Source of the DNA: a virus | Lineage: Duplodnaviria > Caudoviricetes | Length of the DNA: 59,677 nucleotides | Reading direction: 5' to 3' (one strand) | Virus record (IMG/VR): IMGVR_UViG_3300035670_000231 | Span: 1 to 59,677 of that record | Part shown: positions 43,720 through 53,694 of the stretch, piece after piece | How positions within the stretch are numbered: position 1 is the stretch's first letter | Layout: each line of letters opens with the position of its first letter | Position numbers and translations under genes: made by a program | The notes under the pieces: generated by a model | What the model saw: the letters and a program-made list of their open reading frames with translations, nothing else | Told to the model about the DNA's origin: nothing | The model's database searches: none

Positions 43720-46700
43720 TTACCTCCTGGCCAGAAGCCCGCCCGGGCGCTGCTGCTGGACGATCTCCGATCGCACCGCCGCCGCCACCACCTCGCCCAG
43801 GCGCTGGCCGCGATTGTCGGTGGCGTCGCCGTCCTGGCCATCGCCCTGGCGCTGCGCGCCCGAGGCATCGACGTTGACCGCGATGTTGAACGTGTCGCCC
43901 CGGCTGCCGCCCCCGGCCGCCGAGACGCCCAGCCGCCCGTCCGGCCCGCGGCGTAGCGGCATGATGGCCTCGGGCCCCGCCTCGCCCATCAGGCCCGGCC
44001 GCATCACCCCGCCCTGGGCGAAGCGGAACAGGGTCGGGCTGTTGACCACGCCGCCATAGGCGAAGCTCGCCCGCCCGCCGGCGAAGACCGCCCCGTTGGC
44101 CGCCGCCGGCAGCGGCGTGCCGGCGATCCCGCCGACGAGCGAGGTGCCGATGGTCTTGATGATGTTGACGAAGGCGTCCTGCAGCGGCTTCAGCGCCTGC
44201 GCCAGGATGTCGGCGGACATCTTCTTGAAGGTGTCGGACAGGCCCTGGCGCAGCACGTCGCCGGCCTTCTTGCTCTTGTCGAAGGCGGCCAGGAAGGCGT
44301 TGGAGAGCGAGTTGCTCACGCCCTGCCCTGCGCTGTCCCAGATCGCCTGCCACTCCTTGGCATCCTGCTGCGCCTTGGTCAGCCGGACGTTGCCCCGCGC
44401 CACCTCCTCGGTGAGCCGGAGCTGCTCCTTGGCGCTGGCGCTGTTGAGCGCGACGCCCTCGCGCAGCAGCTCGTTGCGCTTGGCCATCAGCGCCTGCTGC
44501 ACCGACACCTCGTCGCTTTCCATGCCGACCAGCAGCATCTGGTCCTGCTGGAGCTTGAGCTGCTCGCGCATCGATTCGGCCTGCTCGGCGAGCTGGACCG
44601 AGAGCTGCGCCTCGTCCTCGGCCCGCATCGACTGGTCGATCCGCTCGGCGAACACCGGCATGGCGTTCTCCTGGGCGGCGCGGATCCGCTGGTTCAGGGC
44701 CGTCAGGCGCCGCGGCTGGCCCTGGCGGATCCCCACCTCGGTCTCCCGCGTGGTGCGCGTGCGCAGGCTCGCGTCGGCCAGCATCTGCTCCGTCGAGAGC
44801 CGCTCCTGGGTCATGAACTGCTGTTCGAGCGCTTGGGACATGCCGCGGTTGCGCTCCTCCGCCTGCCGTGCGCGGGCCTCGGCCTGGGCGCGGCGGATCT
44901 CGAAGGAGCCGCCGCCACCGAGCACCGCCTGCAGGGTGACGCTGGTCATGGCGGTGCTCTCGTTCACGCCCCGCACGGTTTCGGCGTCGTCGCGGCGGAT
45001 CCTGGCGGCCTCGCCGGCCCGCATCTCCCGCTCGATCTCGGCCGCCCGGTCGGGCGAGGCGCCCCGCTGCGCCTGCCGGATCCGGGCGTCCAGCTCCAGG
45101 CTGCGCCGGTCCCAGAAGCCCGGCGTGAGGGCCATGACCTCGTCCATCGAGCGCTGCTCGCGCATGCCCTGCAGCCGCTGTTCGAGCGAGCGCCCCTCCT
45201 GCGCGTCGAACTGCCGGAGCTGCAGCCCCCCGGCGCCCGGCTGATCACGCTCGGCCTGCCGTGCGCGCTCCTCCGCCTCGGCCCGGCGGACCGCGAAGTC
45301 GCCCTGCGCCAGCACACGATTGCCCGCCATCAGCACGGCCATCTGGTCGCGCATGCCCTGCACGAACTGCGCGTCGGCCAGCGCGTTCTGGGCCTGCTTG
45401 GCGCCGCGCAGCGCTGTCGTGTAGTCCTTGACCGCCTGCTCGACGGCTGGCGTGGTGACCGTGCCGAACTGCTGGAAGCGCCAGTCGAGCGCCTCCTGGG
45501 CGACCTGGAAGTCGACGACCTCGTCGCGGGTCTTGCCGATCGTGTCGGTCAGCCGCTGCTGCTGCGTGGCCTGCCGGTTCAGGGCCTGGATGTCCGGCGC
45601 GGTCGCCGAGGCACGGCTGTTCGCCACCCGGGCGATCAGCGACTGCGTGTCGGCCTGCCCGCCTTCGAGCCGGATCGAGCGGGCCAGCCCCTGCGCCTCG
45701 GCCACGATGCCGATCCCGCCGCCGCCGCCACCGCGTCGCACCTGCTCGGCGAAGTCCTTGGCCTGCTTGTCGAACTTGTCGGCGGCACCGGCCGCGTCGA
45801 GGAGCTTCTGCCTGAGCGATCCCAGCGCCCGCTCCAGCTCTTCGACCTGCCTGGAGTTGGGTCGCTGGTCGGACGGCAGGGTGCTGTCCGTCCCGCGCAG
45901 GCCGGCGGCGATCAGCGCGTTCTCGATCTGGAAGATCTGCTCTTCGATCTCGCGCCGCGTGCCGAACGGCGTCTGCACGTTCTTCGCCATGTTGGCGCCA
46001 CGGGAGAAGATCGCGATGGCCGGTCGCGCCGCTTCGGCCGCCCTCGCCTCGTCCTCCTCATTCTGCTGTTGGCGCTGCAGCTCGCGGATCCGCGGTTCGA
46101 GCTGGCGGAGTTCCGCGTCGATCCGCTCACGCCTGCGCTCGCCCTCGATTCCGGGCAGGTCGGCGAAGCGTCGCCTTTCGGCCTCCAACTCCTGATAGCG
46201 CTCGACCTCGGGCGGAACGCCACCGGGGGCCGGCGTCATCGCCTGGATCAGGCCGTTGGTCGCCCGCAAGATCGCCTGTATGAAGCCCGAGCTGTTGGCC
46301 TTCTCGCCCATGCGGGCGAGCATCTGCGACCAGCTATCCGAGACCCGCTGAAACGCCCGCTCGGTCGTGTCGGGCATCGCCTCGAACTGCTTCTGGACGT
46401 CCTCGGAGCCGCTGAGCAGGGCGCGGAAGACCTTGTCGCCGGTCAGCTCGCCGGCTGCGCCCATGGCGCGCAAAGCACCCACGCTGACGCCCAGGCCGTC
46501 GGCGATCGCCTTGGCCAGGGCCGGCATGTTCTCCATGATCGAGCGCAGCTCGTCGCCGTTCAGCCGGCCCGCGGCCAGCGCCTGCGAGAGCTGCAGCATG
46601 CCGGACGCGATCTCGCCCTGGCTCGCGCCGGAGACCACGCCCAGCTTCTGGATGGTCGAGGAGAGCTGGAGGATCTCGTCGTTGCTGGCGCCCAGCTCGG

Positions 46701-47496
46701 TTGCGTTGCGTGCCAGCCGGTTGAAGGACTGGACGGTCGAGTCGAACGAGATGCCGGACGCCTGGGCACTTTTGAAGAGCGCGTCGATGGCTTGGCGGGC
46801 CTGCGTCGTGGTGCCGAGCGTGTTCTTGAGCTGCCCCTCGTAGGAGCGCCACCGATCCTGCACCGTGGCCAGCGCTGCCTGCAGCCCGACCAGCGTGGCC
46901 GAGACCCCGGCCACGACCCCGACCGTCGCGGCAGCCGCTGGCCCGAACCGGCCGAGAGCGCCGGTCAGCCCGCTGAGCAGCGACGACGAGGTGCGCAGGG
47001 CGCCGCTGAGCGCGGCCCCGCCGGCCGAGCCCGTGCCGATGCCGAAGGCCTGCGACAGGCTGGTGATCTGCCCGACCGCCCCCTGCCCGGCGTCGCCCAC
47101 ACGCTGCAGCACGCCGGCCAGTGCGGCCGTGCGGCCGGCTGCCTGCCCGGCGGCCGCGCCCAGGCGCTCCGTCTGCGCCGCGGCGGCCTGCGCGGCCCTG
47201 GCCTCGGCCGTGGCTGCCGTCGTGGTTCTGCCCAGCGCCTGGGCCAAGGCCTGCTGGGCCGTGCCGGCCGCCTGGATCTTGGGCGCCGCCGACCCCGAAG
47301 CCGTCCCGACGGCAGTGATCGCCCCGGAGGTGTCGCGGGCGGCCTTGCCGGCCTGGGTGACCTTCTTCGACGTGGCGTCGGCCGCATCGCCGACCTTGCC
47401 GATCTGTGCCGCCGCCGTGGCCGACACCCGCGAGGCGGCGAGCAGCGGCGAGGTGTCGATCTCGAAGCCTAGCTTGGCGATGTCGTCCATGGTCAC
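43720..47496 (-). CDS. Tape measure protein
   Basis: QLSQALAAGRLNGDELRSIMEN; C-terminal GEAGPEAIMPL. Confidence 0.93.
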   Translation of the reverse strand: MTMDDIAKLGFEIDTSPLLAASRVSATAAAQIGKVGDAADATSKKVTQAGKAARDTSGAITAVGTASGSAAPKIQAAGTAQQALAQALGRTTTAATAEARAAQAAAAQTERLGAAAGQAAGRTAALAGVLQRVGDAGQGAVGQITSLSQAFGIGTGSAGGAALSGALRTSSSLLSGLTGALGRFGPAAAATVGVVAGVSATLVGLQAALATVQDRWRSYEGQLKNTLGTTTQARQAIDALFKSAQASGISFDSTVQSFNRLARNATELGASNDEILQLSSTIQKLGVVSGASQGEIASGMLQLSQALAAGRLNGDELRSIMENMPALAKAIADGLGVSVGALRAMGAAGELTGDKVFRALLSGSEDVQKQFEAMPDTTERAFQRVSDSWSQMLARMGEKANSSGFIQAILRATNGLIQAMTPAPGGVPPEVERYQELEAERRRFADLPGIEGERRRERIDAELRQLEPRIRELQRQQQNEEDEARAAEAARPAIAIFSRGANMAKNVQTPFGTRREIEEQIFQIENALIAAGLRGTDSTLPSDQRPNSRQVEELERALGSLRQKLLDAAGAADKFDKQAKDFAEQVRRGGGGGGIGIVAEAQGLARSIRLEGGQADTQSLIARVANSRASATAPDIQALNRQATQQQRLTDTIGKTRDEVVDFQVAQEALDWRFQQFGTVTTPAVEQAVKDYTTALRGAKQAQNALADAQFVQGMRDQMAVLMAGNRVLAQGDFAVRRAEAEERARQAERDQPGAGGLQLRQFDAQEGRSLEQRLQGMREQRSMDEVMALTPGFWDRRSLELDARIRQAQRGASPDRAAEIEREMRAGEAARIRRDDAETVRGVNESTAMTSVTLQAVLGGGGSFEIRRAQAEARARQAEERNRGMSQALEQQFMTQERLSTEQMLADASLRTRTTRETEVGIRQGQPRRLTALNQRIRAAQENAMPVFAERIDQSMRAEDEAQLSVQLAEQAESMREQLKLQQDQMLLVGMESDEVSVQQALMAKRNELLREGVALNSASAKEQLRLTEEVARGNVRLTKAQQDAKEWQAIWDSAGQGVSNSLSNAFLAAFDKSKKAGDVLRQGLSDTFKKMSADILAQALKPLQDAFVNIIKTIGTSLVGGIAGTPLPAAANGAVFAGGRASFAYGGVVNSPTLFRFAQGGVMRPGLMGEAGPEAIMPLRRGPDGRLGVSAAGGGSRGDTFNIAVNVDASGAQRQGDGQDGDATDNRGQRLGEVVAAAVRSEIVQQQRPGGLLARR

Positions 47497-47846
47497 TTGG
47501 GCTTCTCAGCCTGAGAGTCGAGGTAGGCGTCGTCGAGGGCGCGGATGGCATCGACCTCCCACGGCCTGAGCGGCCACGCCTTCAGCCGCGACCATGCGTC
47601 GATGTCGGCATGGGTGATCGGCGACAGGCCGAAGCCGCTGGCACCGCGGGCCCGGTGCAGCTCAAGGAAAGTGTCCCACAGATGCGCGCCCGCGGGCGGC
47701 ATCCTGGGCGGCTCCGGCGGCGCCTTGCCGGTCTGGCGGGCGACCGAGCGGTAGTGGTCGGCCATGCTCGCCCCGGCATGGCTGCGAGACATCAGGAAGA
47801 GGTGCCGCCCGCGCTCGATCAGTCCCTGGACGACACCGGCAAAAAA
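47493..47846 (-). CDS. Tail chaperone frameshift extension (gpT-like)
   Basis: -1 frame after slippery site; HLWDTFLEL..PITHADIDAW..WEVDAIRALD. Confidence 0.8.
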   Translation of the reverse strand, partial: FFAGVVQGLIERGRHLFLMSRSHAGASMADHYRSVARQTGKAPPEPPRMPPAGAHLWDTFLELHRARGASGFGLSPITHADIDAWSRLKAWPLRPWEVDAIRALDDAYLDSQAEKPK

Positions 47847-48259
47847 TTCCGGCGCTGAACGATGAAGCTGTCGACCTGCTCGCGGATGACCGGAAAGCGC
47901 GTGTAGAGCTGGCGCGCGGCATCGACCGAGAACTCGATCGGTGCGCCCTGGCGGTCGAGAAAACCGGTCCAGCCCTTGGTGCAGCGGGCCATGACGTCGA
48001 TGGCGTCGGCCTTGGCCTCCTCGGGATCGGCCGCCGCCGTCTCGCCCTTGGCGTGCGCCGCGGCCGCCGCCTCGATGCGCTTCTGCGTCTGCTGGTGAAC
48101 CAGCCGCTGGTAGACCGGGCTGTCGGGCCCGAGGAGCGTGATGACGTGCGGCTCGCCCTTGGAATTGAGCAGCGGCCGGCCGTCGATGCCCGCCACGGTG
48201 AGCGGCGCGCCCGCCACCGAGCCCGTGAGCGTGTCGATGCCGTCGAGTGCGAAGTCCAT
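47819..48259 (-). CDS. Tail assembly chaperone (gpG-like)
   Basis: Between tube and TMP; LLGPDS..GW..IREQVDSFI..RRNF. Confidence 0.85.
   Translation of the reverse strand: MDFALDGIDTLTGSVAGAPLTVAGIDGRPLLNSKGEPHVITLLGPDSPVYQRLVHQQTQKRIEAAAAAHAKGETAAADPEEAKADAIDVMARCTKGWTGFLDRQGAPIEFSVDAARQLYTRFPVIREQVDSFIVQRRNFLPVSSRD
47840..47846 (-). other. Programmed -1 frameshift site TTTTTTG
   Basis: AAT TTT TTG near end of chaperone; -1 frame open to 47493. Confidence 0.75.
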
Positions 48260-48261
48260 GC

Positions 48262-48627
48262 TCAGGCCTCCCCGGCAAGCCGGCTCTTGAGGGCGTAGCC
48301 CATCAGCGGCCAGACCTTGGCGACCGCGTTGGCGCGGGCGACCTTGCGGCCGATCTCGGCGTTGAAGTTCTCCGGGCTGGCGCATGCCGACTCGCCCGTG
48401 ACGGTGAAGCCGTTGCGCAGCACGAGCACACAGAAGGTCAAGAGATGTAACGGAGAGGCCGGACGCAAACAGCTGTCCTCCAGCAGGTGGCTGGAGTCGC
48501 CCCACACGCCGCGCATGCCGTCGGCCGCCGTGAAGTAGTGCTCGCTGGCGATGTTTGCCTCGATGTCAGCCGGCGTGATGCGCGGCGCGGTCAGGCCTTT
48601 GGCCTGGATCTCCTGCTCGATGTCCAT
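48262..48627 (-). CDS. Phage Gp49/Gp66-family protein
   Basis: TFCVLVLRNGFTVTGESACASPENFNAEIG; AGGAG RBS. Confidence 0.85.
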   Translation of the reverse strand: MDIEQEIQAKGLTAPRITPADIEANIASEHYFTAADGMRGVWGDSSHLLEDSCLRPASPLHLLTFCVLVLRNGFTVTGESACASPENFNAEIGRKVARANAVAKVWPLMGYALKSRLAGEA

Positions 48628-48688
48628 GGGTGCTCCTGAAATGACGAACGGCCCCGCAGGGCCGTCGAAGTGTAGCGCCATGCGCCTA

Positions 48689-49900
48689 TCAGGCATTCGC
48701 CCGCTGGATCACCAGCGTCGAGGCATCCCGGCCCGAGCCCGCCGTCGGCAGCAGCGCCTGGAACGGGAAGGTGGCGATCACCCCGCCGTCCGGGCCCACC
48801 GTCTTCGAGTAGCCCGAGAGCTTCACCCGCTGCATGTTGAAGACGAGGAAGTCGGGCGCCGCGCCACCGATCGCCGCCAGATCGAGCTGGGAGACGATGT
48901 CGACCTCGCTCTCCGCCACGAACGCGTCGATCAGGCTCGTGTCCTCGATGTAGGCCGAGACGTTGCCCGTGAGGACCATCCGGCCGAAGAAGATCTCCGG
49001 CGCGATCGGCGAGCCCACGACGCCCTGCATCGAGAGGTTGTTGGTGACCTGGAAGTCCAGCGCCGTCACCACGGCCCGCTCGGCCCCGGCGATGCGCAGG
49101 CTGCCGTTCAGGCCGGCGAAGATCCCGGTGTTGGGGGCTGCCGTCGGCGCCGTGAAGTAGGGGCTGCTGGCGCCGGAGAGGATCGTCCCGTCCTGCCCCA
49201 TCATGTCCCAGCTCACCGTGGCCATGCCGTTGGGCGGCAGCGAGATGCTGGCGCTGTTCATGCGCACCCCGACATACCGCTCGGAGTTGTCGAGGTCCGG
49301 ATTGACCTGCTCGATCGTGTAGCTGTCCTTGAGGACGCCGGTCGTGAGCTTGCGCCCCTGCACCGCCACGGTGAAGGTGGTCACAGGCGATGCCACGTCG
49401 ACCGCGGGCTTGGGGAACACCGTCACGGTGCGATTGGTGGTGCCGCCGAAGCCGACGATACGGAAGTTCCGGCCGTTGATGCTGGCGTTGACCGTGCCGA
49501 AGCGGACGACGTCGCCCAGGCGCAGGCCGAGCGCCACCGGGTCGCCGCCGCCGAAGGTGAAGGTGCCGGCCGAGGCCGAGGCCGCGACGCTGGTCAGTTG
49601 CGACTGCGACAGGCTGGTGCCGGCCGCCCAGGTGCCGCGCAGCAGCGAGGCCAGCCAGTCGTCGTAGGTCTGCAGGCTCAGCTCGCCCTCGATCCCGCCG
49701 GTGACGCTGCGCATGCCGTGCCGCAGGTCCGACACCTGCTGATCAGGGCGCACCTCGTTCGACGCGAAGCTCTCCTTGCTCAGGCTCAAGGACGAGGAGA
49801 CGCGGCGGATGGACTGGCTCGATCCGGCGCTGGCCGGCGTGCCGAAGGTCGACTCCTTGGCGTAGGCGATCGAGACATTGACGGCGTTCTGCAGGGCCAT
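48689..49900 (-). CDS. Major tail tube protein
   Basis: KESTFGT..SNEVRPD..RHG..GELS; position. Confidence 0.85.
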   Translation of the reverse strand: MALQNAVNVSIAYAKESTFGTPASAGSSQSIRRVSSSLSLSKESFASNEVRPDQQVSDLRHGMRSVTGGIEGELSLQTYDDWLASLLRGTWAAGTSLSQSQLTSVAASASAGTFTFGGGDPVALGLRLGDVVRFGTVNASINGRNFRIVGFGGTTNRTVTVFPKPAVDVASPVTTFTVAVQGRKLTTGVLKDSYTIEQVNPDLDNSERYVGVRMNSASISLPPNGMATVSWDMMGQDGTILSGASSPYFTAPTAAPNTGIFAGLNGSLRIAGAERAVVTALDFQVTNNLSMQGVVGSPIAPEIFFGRMVLTGNVSAYIEDTSLIDAFVAESEVDIVSQLDLAAIGGAAPDFLVFNMQRVKLSGYSKTVGPDGGVIATFPFQALLPTAGSGRDASTLVIQRANA

Positions 49901-49915
49901 GGTGCTCTCCGAAAA

Positions 49916-50335
49916 TCAGGTGAAAGTGTAGGCGATCAGGGTCGCCGTGACGGTGGTCTGGATCCAGTCCGGCTCCGGCCGGAGTGGGGTGCGCTCGACC
50001 TTGGTGACGATCGCCGACTGGCCGCCGTAGACCACGGTGACACCAGGGCGGAAGCCGTCCATCAGCGCGCTCGCGGCCTGCTCGATCGCCAGCGTGCCCT
50101 GGCCGGACGGGTAGACCAGCGACAGGCTCGCGGCGATCGTGTGCGCGAGCGCTCCGCTCGCACCCATGCCGCGCACCTCCGAGCCGATCGGCCGCATGGC
50201 CTCGGCCAGGAACGGCGTCCCCCGCGTCGGCTCGAACGCGAGGCCCTCCCAGGCGCGCTCGGCGGGCAGACCGGCAAGGCCGACCAGCCGCTGGCGCACC
50301 GCGGCGCGAACGTTGGCGTGGACGTTGGCGCTCAC
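49916..50335 (-). CDS. Tail terminator
   Basis: AWEG..FEP..YPSGQG; position. Confidence 0.75.
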   Translation of the reverse strand: MSANVHANVRAAVRQRLVGLAGLPAERAWEGLAFEPTRGTPFLAEAMRPIGSEVRGMGASGALAHTIAASLSLVYPSGQGTLAIEQAASALMDGFRPGVTVVYGGQSAIVTKVERTPLRPEPDWIQTTVTATLIAYTFT

Positions 50336-50772
50336 GACAGCTTCAGCTCCTTGGCCACGCGGGCCACGATCCGCGGCCAGCGCTTGACCGCGTTGCCGAC
50401 GAAGAAGCGCCCGGTCTGGTTGTAGGTCCGGCCCAGGCTGTCCTGGCCGACGAAGCCGTACTCCAGGCGCATCGCGTAGCGGGCGTTGTTGGTGAGAAAG
50501 AACCGATCGCCGCGCTTGATGCCCTGCACGGCCAGGGTGACCGAGGCCTGCGCCGCCGCACCCGAGGCGTCGAGCGCGCCGCCGCCGCCGGCCGGGGCGC
50601 CGATGCTAGGCTGCCAGGAGCCGCGCAGGAAGCCCGTGTCGACCGGCGTGGCCTTGACGACGTCCTCGCTCAGTTGCAGGGCCGACTGGCGCGCCAGGGC
50701 GTCGAGCTTGTCGCCCGCCTTCAGCGCCCAGGCGCCGAGCGTGGCCTTGAACTGCTTCCCGTTGCTCGCCAT
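50332..50772 (-). CDS. HK97 gp10-like neck protein
   Basis: TPVDTGFLRGSW..NNARYA..LEYG. Confidence 0.88.
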   Translation of the reverse strand: MASNGKQFKATLGAWALKAGDKLDALARQSALQLSEDVVKATPVDTGFLRGSWQPSIGAPAGGGGALDASGAAAQASVTLAVQGIKRGDRFFLTNNARYAMRLEYGFVGQDSLGRTYNQTGRFFVGNAVKRWPRIVARVAKELKLS

Positions 50773-50776
50773 GACG

Positions 50777-51142
50777 TCACTCGGCGTAGGCAAGGGTGTA
50801 GATCGCCCCGTCGGCGGCCGGGTCGTAGGTGGTCGACCAGAAGATCGTCCACTGCTTGCCGCCCCAGGTCACGATGTCGCCGGGCTCCGGGCGGATGGTC
50901 TGCGAGCGCTGCGCGATATGCAGCTCGATCAGGTCGCGGCGCTCAAGGCTGCCGATGCGGAACTCCGCCGACTTGCCGGGGGGCAGGCCGACGGCGCGGA
51001 AGGTGTAGCTCGCGGTGACCGTCACCCGCGCCTGGGTGACCGGGTCGTAGCTGACGCCGGTGGTGCGTTGCAGCGGCAGCGCGGCGCCCTTGACGGCGAT
51101 CAGCCGGTGCGCCGCGTCGATGAGGGCGCCGTAGCTCGCCAC
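50777..51142 (-). CDS. Head closure protein
   Basis: YDPVT..PEPGD; position. Confidence 0.7.
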   Translation of the reverse strand: MASYGALIDAAHRLIAVKGAALPLQRTTGVSYDPVTQARVTVTASYTFRAVGLPPGKSAEFRIGSLERRDLIELHIAQRSQTIRPEPGDIVTWGGKQWTIFWSTTYDPAADGAIYTLAYAE

Positions 51143-51146
51143 GGCG

Positions 51147-51701
51147 TCACACCTCGCCCGGCGTGTCGTGGACCCCGAGCGAGACCGCTGCTGCCACCGC
51201 CGGCGGCGTCCAGCCCGGCCCGCCCATGCGGCCGGCCTCCGAGCGGGCGAACGGCTTCAGCAGCTCGACGGCCACGGTGTAGACCGTGCCGGTGGGGGCG
51301 TCGTCGGCGTAGGTGGTGCTGATCGGCCCGACACTCTCCGAGACGACCTTGCCGCCGCGGGCGAGGTCGGTGAAGAGCGAGGTCGAGGCGGCGCGCAGCG
51401 CCAGCTCGGCGCAGGCGTCCTTGACCCGCTTGGGCACGCCCGTCACCTCGTAGCCCGACCAGTCGAACAGGCCGGTGCGCGGGAACTCCAGGGCCTGCGA
51501 CGGCTTCAGCCGCGAGGCCTTGTAGCGCTGCAGGCTGTCGATGTAGGCCGTGGCCTGACGCAGCGCCTGCTCCTGCACCTCGAAGTCGAGGTCCTCCCAC
51601 GCGGCATTGCCGCGCAGGCGGTGATAGGCCGAGGCCTGATTGACCGAGAGGTAGCTCTCGGCGTCAGCCAGCCCGGTGCCGTTCTCGACGATCAGCGCCA
51701 T
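51147..51701 (-). CDS. Head-tail adaptor (DnaT-like family)
   Basis: LIVENGTG..AESY..QALEFPR..ACAELALRA. Confidence 0.85.
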   Translation of the reverse strand: MALIVENGTGLADAESYLSVNQASAYHRLRGNAAWEDLDFEVQEQALRQATAYIDSLQRYKASRLKPSQALEFPRTGLFDWSGYEVTGVPKRVKDACAELALRAASTSLFTDLARGGKVVSESVGPISTTYADDAPTGTVYTVAVELLKPFARSEAGRMGGPGWTPPAVAAAVSLGVHDTPGEV

Positions 51702-51726
51702 GGCGCGCGCCCTTCCTTGCCGCCCG

Positions 51727-52134
51727 TCAGGCCGCGGCCGCCGCTTCGGCCTCGGCCTTGGTCATCGGGCCGTCCTCGGTGCCGTCGGCATGCACCACGT
51801 ACCAGCGGCCGAAGCCCCGGTGGACCGCGGTCTTGCCGGTGTCGGCGGCCGACTGGACATCCTCGCCGTTGTCCGGGTCGATCTCCTGGCCGGCAGGCTC
51901 GTCCGCCACCGGCTCGGCGGCCCTGCGCGGCGCCTGCAGGAGCGCCGGCACGACCTCGGGCGGAATCGGGCTGACGACCCGGTTCTCGTACATCTGCCGC
52001 AGGCGGCGCTCGGCGAGGTTGGCCTTGTCGAGGCGATCGCCGGGCTTGTACTGTCGCCCGTTGATCGTGACGACCCGCAGTACCTGGAAGTCGTAGAGCG
52101 GCGAGAACGGCAGCGGGTGATTGAAGCGCGACAT
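51727..52134 (-). CDS. Small head-associated protein
   Basis: After MCP; GAGG RBS; YKPGD. Confidence 0.7.
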   Translation of the reverse strand: MSRFNHPLPFSPLYDFQVLRVVTINGRQYKPGDRLDKANLAERRLRQMYENRVVSPIPPEVVPALLQAPRRAAEPVADEPAGQEIDPDNGEDVQSAADTGKTAVHRGFGRWYVVHADGTEDGPMTKAEAEAAAAA

Positions 52135-52199
52135 GCGGACCTCGTGCGGCAGGAGAACGCGTCAGCATAGCAGGGCGGCCTGCGCCGCCCCGCCACGCA

Positions 52200-53186
52200 T
52201 CAGGCGACGATGCTGTCCCAGAAGTAGCCGAGATCGGCGGCGACCAGCTTGCAGTCGAACGCCATCTCGATCTCCACCCGGTCGGATGCCAGCGGCTCCA
52301 TACGGAACTGCTTGATCCGGCTGCCCTCGGCGCCGGCGCCCACGTAGCCGGTCCACGAGAACACGTAGCCGGCCGACGGGGTCATCAGGCCAGGGCTCGG
52401 GTTGGCGTAGCAGAGCAGCGCCTTCTTGCCGCCGATGAAGGCGTGCTGGGCGGACCGGCCCTCGACGGCGGTGTTCTCGATCGCGTTCATGACCTCGATC
52501 GAGTCCACCTCGAACAGGCGGGCGAGCGAGTCACGGCTGGCCTGCGCCGGCGCGCCGGAGGTCTGGCCGTACTTCAGGCGGTCGATGACGTCCGGGTGAT
52601 CCACGAGCGCGTCGTAGACCTGCCGGCCGAGGACGAGCTTGTTGGGCTCGAAGCCGGTGGACTGCAGGATCGCCGTCTTGGCTGCGCGCACGTTCTCGAT
52701 TGGGTTCGAGTTCGCGTCTGACCAGTGCAGAACCTGGCCGCCGCCGGTGATCGTGGCCACGCCATCGACGTCGTTGGTCCAGACCCCTTCCCGGAAGTAC
52801 CGGGAGACCCAGATCTTCTCGCGCTTGATCAGCGCCTTGTGCGTGACGAACGCGGTGGCCTCGCGGTCCGGGTTCAGCATCGCGTCAGCGTTGGAGCGGA
52901 CCTGATCCGGGATGTCCTTGTGGAAGGCGTAGACCGGCGCGTAGTAGGTCGGCGAGCTGTCCAGGCGGTAGCCGCCACCCGACGATTCGGTGCCGGGCGC
53001 CCGCTCCGTCATCTCGTCGCGGTTGAAGTCGCCGCGCTCGTAGGTGTAGTAGCGGTCGGATTGCTTGCTGACCGGGATGTTGGGGAAAACCCGCGCCGCC
53101 ACGAAGTTGCTGGCGTTCTGCAGGTACGCGATCGAGATGTTCGAAAGCGGGACGTTGACATGGACGTCGCCGGGAGTCGGTTGCAT
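52200..53186 (-). CDS. Major capsid protein
   Basis: DVHVNVPLSNISIAY..FP..V.KQSD.Y..PNKLVLG..PSAGY; GGAGGA RBS. Confidence 0.9.
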   Translation of the reverse strand: MQPTPGDVHVNVPLSNISIAYLQNASNFVAARVFPNIPVSKQSDRYYTYERGDFNRDEMTERAPGTESSGGGYRLDSSPTYYAPVYAFHKDIPDQVRSNADAMLNPDREATAFVTHKALIKREKIWVSRYFREGVWTNDVDGVATITGGGQVLHWSDANSNPIENVRAAKTAILQSTGFEPNKLVLGRQVYDALVDHPDVIDRLKYGQTSGAPAQASRDSLARLFEVDSIEVMNAIENTAVEGRSAQHAFIGGKKALLCYANPSPGLMTPSAGYVFSWTGYVGAGAEGSRIKQFRMEPLASDRVEIEMAFDCKLVAADLGYFWDSIVA

Positions 53187-53229
53187 GGTGGTCCTCCGGT
53201 ATCAGTGAGGTTGCGGTTCCGCCCGGCGA

Positions 53230-53655
53230 TCAGGCGGCGGTGGTGGGCGCAGCGCCCGAGCTGGTCAGCAGCACGGCGAAGACGTCGTTGGTCGCGGCAC
53301 CTTCCAGGGCCACGCCGACGACGTTCGAGCCGATCAGGGCGTCGGCGGCTTCGTGCTGAGTCGTATCGGTGCGGCCCAGAGTGGCGGCGACGAGCTTGCC
53401 GTCGGCGTCGGCCGCGACCAGCGCGCCTGCAGTGACAGGTCCGCCAGCGATGGCCTTGCTGACCGGGCCCACAGTCACGACCGTGGCGGCCTGCCCGGCG
53501 GTGGGCTTGTTCTGCAGGATGCCGATGGCGAACTCGCCGGCAGCGGCCAGCGCGGCCTGCCCGGACGAGTTGACCTTGACGGCGTAAAACTGCTTGGCCG
53601 ACAGGTCGGCGGCAGCCGGCAGCGAGTGAACGTTGCCCGTGTTCTGGATGCTCAT
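53230..53655 (-). CDS. Capsid decoration/cement protein (DUF2190-like)
   Basis: AAADLS..GILQNKP..GVALEGA; between scaffold and MCP. Confidence 0.8.
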   Translation of the reverse strand: MSIQNTGNVHSLPAAADLSAKQFYAVKVNSSGQAALAAAGEFAIGILQNKPTAGQAATVVTVGPVSKAIAGGPVTAGALVAADADGKLVAATLGRTDTTQHEAADALIGSNVVGVALEGAATNDVFAVLLTSSGAAPTTAA

Positions 53656-53694
53656 GGTGTTCCTCCGGTGGAGTGGTGCACAGGCGACGCGGCT

